Source: Caldisericia bacterium | Lineage (GTDB): Bacteria > Caldisericota > Caldisericia > JAAYUI01 | Direction: 5' to 3' | Assembly: GCA_017999835.1 (NCBI GenBank) | Contig: JAGNLA010000009.1 | Coordinates: 6,378 to 70,377, forward strand | DNA length: 64,000 bases | Part shown: positions 21,292-29,284 of the stretch, piece by piece | How positions within the stretch are numbered: the first letter of the stretch is position 1 | Layout of the letters: each line of letters opens with the position of its first letter | Translations under genes and position numbers: made by a program | The notes under the pieces: generated by a model | What the model was told of the DNA's origin: nothing | Database searches by the model: none | The model's input: the letters and a program-made list of their open reading frames with translations, nothing else

Positions 21292-22547
21292 TTTTTCACC
21301 TCAATTGTTTTTGTGTCTTCATAATATTGAACTTGAGCTCCGAGAATGTCGGAGACAAACCTCAAAGGAACCATGGTTGTACCACTGCAGTATATTCTTG
21401 GTGGTACACTCGACGGAAGCAACGTTTTTTTGCCGTCGACATAGGCGTATTTGTCGCCAATTTTCAACTCGATTTTTTTGGGACTGGAGTAAACTATTGT
21501 GATCTTTTGAGTCGCGGAATCCCAGGTGATTTTCCCGCCCAAGGGTTCCACTACCTGCCTGACCGGAACCAGAGACCTTCCATTTTCAATTCTAACGGGG
21601 CAAGATAGGGCTTTTTTATTAGAATTGATTTCATACACATAGCTCCCGACCGTGAATCTTAAAACGGTCTGTTTTTGGGGAGAGAGGACATTTTTCACTA
21701 CACTCTTCTGGGCTCCCGTGTACGAGAAGGCATAAAGGCTACCGTTATCGGAATTGCTTGCGACCACCACTTCACTTGAGCCAATGTTCACTGTCATTGA
21801 TGCAGCTTGTGGTACTGAACCAAACTGCCTGACAAAAGTCCCTGAAGGAGTAAATGTTTTTACGGTAGAGCCATCGAGCACAAAAATCATGTCTTCACTC
21901 TCTGAAGCAACTATTGCCATTGGATTCGACAATAAGCCTTTACCAAACGAGCCATTTGTTTTTTTGTCATCTCTGTTGGCTGTTTTTACCTGGCCATCAT
22001 CGAGAATGTAGAGTTTCTTTGCGCTTGAAAAATAGGAAGCTCTGGGGTCAACCAGTCCAGTGACTTCTTTGTTCAATTTACCATAGTCGTCTATTACAAC
22101 GACCTTTTTCTGGCTCCTGTCAACAATTGACACCCAATAGAGGTCGTCAGAACGCAGATAGCAGATGTCAGTTGGGTTCTTAATCTTGCCTGATCCCGAT
22201 CCCGAACCCGCTACCTGACGGATGTACTTGTAACTGGTCTTTGTTTCGTACTCAAACAATTTAGAAGCGCCATTTCCAGAAGACACCAGGGCAATTTCGC
22301 CTGCACACCAGCAAACCGCAAGCCCGGTCATTCCGGATATCTTGCCACTGTCAAGGACTGAGGTTTCAAAGCTGTAACGTTTGTCAAAACGGTAAACGTT
22401 CTGTGTTTTTGTGTTTAAGACGAAAATATTGCCATAATGGTCGGATGAAATGACAATCGAAGCATCTATACCCCTGGCAGGTATAGATGATGTCAGCAAG
22501 GACAGAACAATGATTGTCATCAATATTTTCTTCATTTGCTTCTCCAT
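21288..22547 (-). CDS. Secreted NHL/6-bladed beta-propeller protein with C-terminal stalk (Cu amine oxidase N-terminal-like) domain
   Basis: Signal peptide (MKKILMTIIVLSLL; alternative start 22535), NHL-like repeats (GSGKIKNPTDI, SFGKGLLSNPMAI, FVRQFGS) and stalk motifs GRSLVPVRQVVEPLGG.ITWD and TMVPLRFVSDILGA.V. Confidence 0.82.
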   Translation of the reverse strand: MEKQMKKILMTIIVLSLLTSSIPARGIDASIVISSDHYGNIFVLNTKTQNVYRFDKRYSFETSVLDSGKISGMTGLAVCWCAGEIALVSSGNGASKLFEYETKTSYKYIRQVAGSGSGSGKIKNPTDICYLRSDDLYWVSIVDRSQKKVVVIDDYGKLNKEVTGLVDPRASYFSSAKKLYILDDGQVKTANRDDKKTNGSFGKGLLSNPMAIVASESEDMIFVLDGSTVKTFTPSGTFVRQFGSVPQAASMTVNIGSSEVVVASNSDNGSLYAFSYTGAQKSVVKNVLSPQKQTVLRFTVGSYVYEINSNKKALSCPVRIENGRSLVPVRQVVEPLGGKITWDSATQKITIVYSSPKKIELKIGDKYAYVDGKKTLLPSSVPPRIYCSGTTMVPLRFVSDILGAQVQYYEDTKTIEVKK

Positions 22548-22573
22548 TCTATTTGACTATATTTTTTTGTCAA
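22546..22573 (-). promoter_or_regulatory. Putative sigma70 promoter (TTGACA-N16-TAGAAT) for the NHL-stalk/TlpA pair
   Basis: TTGACA at 22573-22568 and TAGAAT at 22551-22546. This favours the downstream ATG 22535. Confidence 0.45.
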
Positions 22574-22615
22574 TACTAATGGTTTTAAATTTGTGCAATA
22601 TTTGTCAATAAAGCA

Positions 22616-22645
22616 AAACCGCCCTTCATAAATGAAGGGCGGTTT
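22616..22645 (-). terminator. Intrinsic terminator after array member 1
   Basis: AAACCGCCCTTCAT-aa-ATGAAGGGCGGTTT inverted repeat 19 nt past the stop at 22665. Confidence 0.75.
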
Positions 22646-22664
22646 GTATTTTACGTATTCAGCG

Positions 22665-25600
22665 TCACTTCTGATAAGTGAGTGTTATCTGTTTTGCTGT
22701 TGCGTTCCAGTCAACCTTTGCATCAAGATTTTCTGCAAACCATCTAAATGGAAGGCAGGTTTTGTTATTGATGATGGCTGGATACAAAGTACCCTTGGTA
22801 TTGTAAGTTACTTCCTTGCCGTTGATTTTGCCTTTGGTTTTATTGATCCAGAGTTCAAGAACTTTCTTGGACCCATTTGCTTTAATCTGGGTAAGGGTAA
22901 CTTTCTTTTCTTTGGCATCCCAAGCGACTTTACAATCGAGAAGTACTGCGATTTCTGCGATTGGCATGTATGTGTTGCCATTGAGCACATTGTGCGGTTT
23001 TGCAAAGGATGTTGCTGGCGCAGTTTTGAGAGGTGTTTGCTCAATACCATTGACGGTCCATGCTGTCTTGCCAATGGTCAAAACGATAACAGTCTGCTTT
23101 GGCTTGGCGGTAAAGGTGATTGTTTTCTTTGTTGTGTTTCCAGCAACGTCAGATGCAGAAACTTCAACAGTATTGACTCCATCAACCACAGTGTGGTCGA
23201 GTGTGAAGATTCCGAAATCGCCTTCAGTTGACTCGAGGTTTGCGATGCTGCCGTTGATATAAACTGTTGCTGTGGATTCGGTTTTGACTTTGATTATCAC
23301 CACATCATCCGGAGCAAGTACATCGGTTGGGGCAGGAGAGACAACTTCGATGTTTGGAGCAATGGTGTCAAGCGTGATAGTTCTCTTTACAACATTTTCG
23401 TTGCATGCCTGGTCACGTGCAATGAACTCAATTACGTTTGGACCTTCTTTGAGATTGTTGACTGTATGCTTAAATTTGAATTCTACTGAACCAGAATTGA
23501 CCGTTTCATAGATTTCGCCAGCAAGAAGTTGGATTTCTTTGCCATCAACCTTGACGAAAACAGAATCAGTTACCTGATATTTTTCGTTGTCGCCATCGGT
23601 GAGCATTTCAGTAAATCCACGTTCGCCTTCGACGGTGAAGGTCTTTTTGTTGGTTACCTTATCAGTTTTTGGTTCCGTGATTGTAATTGGCGGTAAAACT
23701 GTATCAAGGTAGAAGTCAACTGTCTGTGGTTCTTCCTTAATACCGTTGAATTCTGCCTGCCATGTGATTTTTGCTCTCTGGGAACCTGGATTGAGTCTCG
23801 ATTCACCACCGTAGATAACGGCTTTGTCTGGCTGGTTATTAAACCAGAATGTTATCTTTGCTTCTGGGTTGAGACACTCAAAACCTAGAATTGGTGGTTT
23901 GTTGAACCATTCACCGCAATTTGGTTTGTCCGGGTCTTTAAAGTAAATCCACGATTTGAGTGGAGCTGGCTCAAGGACGTATTCTTCGGACTTGATAGCT
24001 TCATCTTTGTCTGTGGAGACCAAGAGAGTGTACGAACCGTGCTTACGTGGGTTTTTGATGCCAGCGTTATTCTTGAAGTCGACCATTGACCATTCAAATG
24101 GCTTGCATGATGAATCGGTTACAAGTGTAACTTTCATACCGTTGACTGTTACCTCTTTGACCGGTTTGTCGCATATCGTGACTGCGTCAGTATTGATCGT
24201 TGCCGGAACGACTGTTCCTTCTGGGAATTCGACATAAAGATTGTCCCCTGGTGAGAGTTCGCCGCCTGCTGAGGGCTGATACTTGAACTTGTAAGATGAG
24301 ACAACTGAGCCCTGGTAATCACCAAGTTCCAGTTCGGTGATGAGCGGTTTGGATTTTACAATTTCAAACGATTCAAAATCGTATTCCTTGCCATCGACCG
24401 TGAAAGTAAGTTTGTACGTTCCAGGAACGGGATTTCTGATGCCAGCCTGAGCGTTGATCTTTACTTTGAGTGTGCCAGCGATTTCAGCTGCAGCGGTAAA
24501 GGTGAGTTTTGTTTTGTCGATACCTACTGTTCCAGAGTATGCCTTACCATTGATTTCTACCTGTTTTGCATCAATCTTTTCCGGCATCATCGTTGTATCT
24601 GGGAAGTTGACTGTAAATGTTGCACCGGCTTTGATTTTTACATCTGCTGGGAGCATACCGACTGCATAATAGGCAGCGGTTGATTTTTCAAAGTTCGGGG
24701 TGACCTTAACGGTTGGCTTAACGCCGACAATGTACGCAGCTGACTTGATGTTGTTTGGTTCCGATGATGATGATACCCAAGCAAAGTTTTCGCCTGAGGC
24801 GGATGGGTTTTTGACACCGGCTTTTTCAAGGAATGTAATGGTTCCCTGACCAAGGTTGTCAATATCGGTTGGAACGATGATTGTGATCTGGTTGTATCCT
24901 TCGCCTGCTGCAACCTGTGGTGAGCTGTTGACGAAAGCACCATTGATTTTGATTGATTTTAACGGGAATTTCTTTGGAAGAGTGAAAGAAGTTGGCAGTC
25001 TGAGCATGATTGTCGAGCTACCACCATCGAGTGCTCCGCCTTCACCGGTTTTGAAGTTTACTGAAACGGTTGTGACTGTGTCGTTGTCTGGAGGGTCAAG
25101 AACCACATTGACATCAGAAATATCAGAGCACGGAAGCATGAAAGCTTCTGACTCGACTGGTGTTGGTTCTGGGAGTGTTGCCATTGCTACTCTATATCTG
25201 CCTGGTGTAGCTGGAGCGATAAGACCTGTTGTTTTTGAGGTGTTAATGTCGATTGAGTTGTAACCTTTTCTCCAAGCTTCGATTTCGAGCGGAGTGTTGA
25301 CCTGATAAGATCTCTCTTTGCAATTGTTGATAATAATCGGGTATCCCTGGCATTCTGAGCATGGCGAGTAACCGATTGATGTCGAACGAATGATTGTTTT
25401 CATTCTGTCCATTCTCTGTGTTTGGTCACGTGGAAGACCAGGAAAGATTGTGCCGAGTTGCCAGCAACCAAGGCCTGATGGATCCTTTATCATTCTCATC
25501 TTGCCAAAGCTTGAATCGCAAACACTGCTCCATGCTGGAAGACTGTCTTTGTTGCAGTCATTGCACGGATCGAATTCTGTTGCGCCTTTTTCGTCCTTTA

Positions 25601-25994
25601 CTGCATAGACCTTACCAATATCTTTTTCTTCCTGGTTGTTGTATTTTTTGAAATACGCATCATTTGGAATGAACCTCTGATTTTCCTTCTGGCCTGTGAT
25701 TGCTGGAAGTCCATCGCAGATAGAGTCAACAACTTTCTGTGGATCTGTTGTTGATGCAGCTTCATCGATGGGGAACCACATCTTGAGCCAGTCGTGTATC
25801 TTTATGTTTACATTGTATCTCATGTAAACCTTGAAAGCTGTTAGAGTATTTGCTCTTGCAGCAGAAAGTCTGGGCTTTATCATGTTCAACTCAACGTGAA
25901 CTGGGCCAAGGGTTGCATTAATCGTTGGAATGGTCGTCAGAGCCAATCCAAAAACTAAAGTCAGAGTGATTGCGATTTTAATAATCTTCCTCAT
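22665..25994 (-). CDS. Large secreted Ig-like-repeat surface protein with stalk domain (array member 1, 1109 aa)
   Basis: Signal peptide, conserved family N-terminus LGPVHVELNMIKPRLSAARAN, three ~125-aa repeats (FP.GT..P...AGI.NP..G.Y), Ig-like domains (LKEGPNVIEFIARDQAC) and a stalk domain (TYMPIAEI, LPFRWFAENL). Confidence 0.85.
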   Translation of the reverse strand: MRKIIKIAITLTLVFGLALTTIPTINATLGPVHVELNMIKPRLSAARANTLTAFKVYMRYNVNIKIHDWLKMWFPIDEAASTTDPQKVVDSICDGLPAITGQKENQRFIPNDAYFKKYNNQEEKDIGKVYAVKDEKGATEFDPCNDCNKDSLPAWSSVCDSSFGKMRMIKDPSGLGCWQLGTIFPGLPRDQTQRMDRMKTIIRSTSIGYSPCSECQGYPIIINNCKERSYQVNTPLEIEAWRKGYNSIDINTSKTTGLIAPATPGRYRVAMATLPEPTPVESEAFMLPCSDISDVNVVLDPPDNDTVTTVSVNFKTGEGGALDGGSSTIMLRLPTSFTLPKKFPLKSIKINGAFVNSSPQVAAGEGYNQITIIVPTDIDNLGQGTITFLEKAGVKNPSASGENFAWVSSSSEPNNIKSAAYIVGVKPTVKVTPNFEKSTAAYYAVGMLPADVKIKAGATFTVNFPDTTMMPEKIDAKQVEINGKAYSGTVGIDKTKLTFTAAAEIAGTLKVKINAQAGIRNPVPGTYKLTFTVDGKEYDFESFEIVKSKPLITELELGDYQGSVVSSYKFKYQPSAGGELSPGDNLYVEFPEGTVVPATINTDAVTICDKPVKEVTVNGMKVTLVTDSSCKPFEWSMVDFKNNAGIKNPRKHGSYTLLVSTDKDEAIKSEEYVLEPAPLKSWIYFKDPDKPNCGEWFNKPPILGFECLNPEAKITFWFNNQPDKAVIYGGESRLNPGSQRAKITWQAEFNGIKEEPQTVDFYLDTVLPPITITEPKTDKVTNKKTFTVEGERGFTEMLTDGDNEKYQVTDSVFVKVDGKEIQLLAGEIYETVNSGSVEFKFKHTVNNLKEGPNVIEFIARDQACNENVVKRTITLDTIAPNIEVVSPAPTDVLAPDDVVIIKVKTESTATVYINGSIANLESTEGDFGIFTLDHTVVDGVNTVEVSASDVAGNTTKKTITFTAKPKQTVIVLTIGKTAWTVNGIEQTPLKTAPATSFAKPHNVLNGNTYMPIAEIAVLLDCKVAWDAKEKKVTLTQIKANGSKKVLELWINKTKGKINGKEVTYNTKGTLYPAIINNKTCLPFRWFAENLDAKVDWNATAKQITLTYQK

Positions 25995-26199
25995 CCGATA
26001 CTCCTTTCAGGGACAAAAAAACTGCGACAAGTCTAACATGATAACCATTCATTCAAATTAAAACTTGTCACCTGCAAAGATTTAATCAGATCAACTCAAA
26101 ATTCCATTTAAGAAAGTCCTAAAACGAGTTAATTCAGGATTAAGAATTGTTAGTTCCCATATTGGTTTTTTTGGTACACTCTTATGCTTGGAGGTTTTT

Positions 26200-27237
26200 A
26201 TGAAAATGAAAACTTTAATAAACGTGATGATTGCAGCATTGATGGTCGTAACACTGGCATCCTGCGGAGAGGCTCCGCCTGAAGAATTGTCGTTCATAAC
26301 TGGCACCGTAGTTGAAAAAATTACCAGGGCTCCAATTCCAAACATTGTAATAAATATTGATGGTCAGTCGGTTACAACGTCGTCAGACGGCAGATATATC
26401 GTATCCAGGCTTGAAAAAGGCTCAAAGCATGAGATCGAGTGCATCAATAGCAAGTACAATGATTTCAAGCTCACTGATGTCGTTGCCGTGTACCCGAGTG
26501 CAACACAAGACATAGAGCTTGAAATAAAAACTCTAGAATCACCGACTATCCCATCGATTTCATCCATATCAACCAAACAGCTCAAGTCTTTCGATTATGT
26601 ATTAAACTTTGGCGTTGACGCAAACCAGATCACATTTGAAGTCAATGGCAGCTACACTGCTCCAAATTCATACACAATCAACATGAAGCAGTTCAAACAA
26701 CAACAGATACAAGTCGGACCTGACGATCAAAAGAAGGAAAGCCCAACAATCAAATTGACGGAAATCAATGGCAATCAATGGATTGATGAGGGAGACGGGT
26801 ACACTGTGGTTCCCAACGATCAATCCAGAGCTGGGTTTAGGGATATGTTTAATATCATTGAATTGAGCAATTCAATGATAACAAAAGCTCTTAAGAATGT
26901 GAAAAATCTTACCGAGGATGGCAATTCCCAAATTGGTGGAATCAACTGTAAAAGATACAGGGGAATTACTGTATTTGATACAGAGAGATCAACTGAAACC
27001 AAGACAGGAAAAAAAGTGATCACCGATAAAGTCCTGTGTGACTTTAACATGGCTGTGGCAGTAGACCAGCAGTATGGCAATGCCCCTGTCGATGTCGAGC
27101 TCATGCTCTACTATAAAGATCTCATGGTCAGAACATACACCCACTTCACTTTGAGCAACCTCAACAACCCAATCGTTATCCAAGTCCCTGAGGTAAAAGA
27201 TTCTTCAAATAAGATTGAGATCAAGAACGCTCCGTGA
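26200..27237 (+). CDS. Lipoprotein with carboxypeptidase-regulatory-like domain and possible LolA/LppX-like C-terminal fold
   Basis: GGAGG RBS, lipobox LASC, ITGTVVEKITRAPIPNIVINIDGQSVTTSSDGRY.V..L, and beta-rich C-terminus with GNSQIGGINCKRYRG. Confidence 0.7.
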   Translation: MKMKTLINVMIAALMVVTLASCGEAPPEELSFITGTVVEKITRAPIPNIVINIDGQSVTTSSDGRYIVSRLEKGSKHEIECINSKYNDFKLTDVVAVYPSATQDIELEIKTLESPTIPSISSISTKQLKSFDYVLNFGVDANQITFEVNGSYTAPNSYTINMKQFKQQQIQVGPDDQKKESPTIKLTEINGNQWIDEGDGYTVVPNDQSRAGFRDMFNIIELSNSMITKALKNVKNLTEDGNSQIGGINCKRYRGITVFDTERSTETKTGKKVITDKVLCDFNMAVAVDQQYGNAPVDVELMLYYKDLMVRTYTHFTLSNLNNPIVIQVPEVKDSSNKIEIKNAP

Positions 27238-27251
27238 TCTTGTAGATTGAG

Positions 27252-27290
27252 AAACAAAAAAGGCCAGCATGAAACTGGCCTTTTTTGTTT
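27252..27290. terminator. Bidirectional intrinsic terminator
   Basis: AAACAAAAAAGGCCAG-catgaaa-CTGGCCTTTTTTGTTT: 16-bp stem between convergent genes. Confidence 0.85.
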
Positions 27291-27301
27291 GACTAATCAA
27301 A

Positions 27302-29284
27302 TTATTGATTCATCAATACAAATTCGATATAGTCATTTTTGCTCGTGCTCATGACAATCTCATCTTCAGCGCTAATTTCACTTGTCAATTCGATTATTGT
27401 TTTTATCTTTAATTTTGACATTTTTAAAACTGAAATAGGCGTTGGCACATCAAAAATTAACCTTTGACCATCAACTCTTGCAGACTGAGACAAGACCTGG
27501 TCAATTGTAATGTTGTCTGATTTGATAAGATTTGACAACTTAAAGGCTTTTGGAAACCTCAAAGACACCCAGTCCCCAACGTCAAGATTTCCAAATGATG
27601 ATGGTCTGAATTCAAATTCGATCGAAATTATCATATCGTTCCTTCTGACCACTTTCAGATTGGCAATTCTTGGCTTTGCGGCTTTGATGAAATAATCCAG
27701 CATTTCTGGCTTGCTCCCATTTATCGAAACCGCAAAATAATAAAAGCCGGTCGAAGGCGTGGTCAGTTTGGCCGACTCATCGATGTAAATCATAGCAACG
27801 CCTGTCAAAACCTCTGGAATGGTGAACTTTAAAATGTCGTTTGAGAATTCTGCTGGCTTTGTTAACGGTTTGCCATCCACCAAAACGCTCTTGCCATTTA
27901 TACTTCTGTCTTTTGAAAAACCGGTTGGAAATTTGATTGAGATTTCTGAGTTTTTGTCAACCTTGTCCATGGGGGTGGATATCGAAAAAGCCAAAGAGCA
28001 TGAAGTGAATTCCTCGTTTGGAACTATTTGGACACCTTTGACATCTAGCAGTTTTAAAGGTTCCGATCGCACAAACTCCGGCTCCGACGAGGTCATGACC
28101 TCGATAAAAACTTCTCCTCCGGTTGGCTTGATGCCAAGCAGGAACCGTTTGTCAAAAGATATTTTTGTTTCCGACATCGAATTGATGTTTACCGGAACGA
28201 TCATTGTCAATTCAAGATAATCGCCTTTGTTTTCAACAGTGGGGGAACCGAGTAAAATGCAGTTATTGATCATTATCATCTTTTTATTAGGAAGAACTGT
28301 CATTGACAGGTTTTTTGGAAAACGGACGGTAATTGTCGAAAGTTTTGCATCCAAAGCCCCACCTTCACCAGTTATAAACGTAATCTCAGGCGATTTTTCT
28401 TCGTCTGTTATTGTGAATCCTGAGCATTTGACATCTGAAACTTTCGAGCAGGGTAAAACATAGGCTTCAGACTCGACGGGTTCCGGTTCAGGAGTTGTTG
28501 CCACAGCAAGCCTGTATCTTCCTGGAGTAGCTGGTGAGATGATGCCAGTCTCAATCATTGAATCGTAGCTAAGAGCATTGTAACCTGCTCTCCAAGTTTC
28601 GACTTCCATAGTTGGCCTACAGATTATTGAGCGCTGAGCATCGTCGTTGACCAATCCAGGGTAGCCCATCTCATAGCACCAATGATACCCAACTCCTTGT
28701 CTTCTGCTTATTTTAATCAGTTTTTCTCCTCTCTTATCCCTGTCAATTGGCAAAGCAGGCATGATCGTTCCCATCAACCACCAGCCCAATCCTGATTCGT
28801 CCTTGACGGCACCGTTGCTGTCCTTTTGAAGCAGGTTCTCAATGAATTCATCCAGTTGCGCATCATTGCCAGGTTCAACAGCCCAATCAATGGCTCCGTT
28901 TGATCCTTCAATCTTATATAATTTATATATTGTTTTTTCTTTGGACTGGGGGTATTTCTTGAAATATTTTGAGTTTGGAAGAAACCTCGGCGATTCCAAT
29001 TCACCGTTGAGAGGAGGCAAACCTTCACAAATAGAACTTTTCAGGTTTTCGCTAACAATATATTCGCTTGTTGGATACCAAACCCTTATGGTGTCATGAA
29101 TCTTAATGTCTTTATTGAACCTAAAGGTAACACTCATTGCGTTTGCTTTGTTTGCCCGTGCAGGTTTGCCCAAATTCCAGTATGTCTTTAGGCTGATATT
29201 GACTGGTCCAACAACTGCTGAAACTGAGTTAGATATACAGGTCATTGCCAATAAAATGACAATAATTCTAATTGTCGTCTTCAC
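27302..29284 (-). CDS. Secreted array member 2 (660 aa, no stalk domain)
   Basis: GTG start after GGAGG, signal peptide, family motifs VGPV...ARANK, IKIHD, CEGLP, ESGLGWWLMGT and PATPGRYRLAVATTPEPEPVESE. Ends after the third Ig-like repeat. Confidence 0.8.
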   Translation of the reverse strand: MKTTIRIIVILLAMTCISNSVSAVVGPVNISLKTYWNLGKPARANKANAMSVTFRFNKDIKIHDTIRVWYPTSEYIVSENLKSSICEGLPPLNGELESPRFLPNSKYFKKYPQSKEKTIYKLYKIEGSNGAIDWAVEPGNDAQLDEFIENLLQKDSNGAVKDESGLGWWLMGTIMPALPIDRDKRGEKLIKISRRQGVGYHWCYEMGYPGLVNDDAQRSIICRPTMEVETWRAGYNALSYDSMIETGIISPATPGRYRLAVATTPEPEPVESEAYVLPCSKVSDVKCSGFTITDEEKSPEITFITGEGGALDAKLSTITVRFPKNLSMTVLPNKKMIMINNCILLGSPTVENKGDYLELTMIVPVNINSMSETKISFDKRFLLGIKPTGGEVFIEVMTSSEPEFVRSEPLKLLDVKGVQIVPNEEFTSCSLAFSISTPMDKVDKNSEISIKFPTGFSKDRSINGKSVLVDGKPLTKPAEFSNDILKFTIPEVLTGVAMIYIDESAKLTTPSTGFYYFAVSINGSKPEMLDYFIKAAKPRIANLKVVRRNDMIISIEFEFRPSSFGNLDVGDWVSLRFPKAFKLSNLIKSDNITIDQVLSQSARVDGQRLIFDVPTPISVLKMSKLKIKTIIELTSEISAEDEIVMSTSKNDYIEFVLMNQ

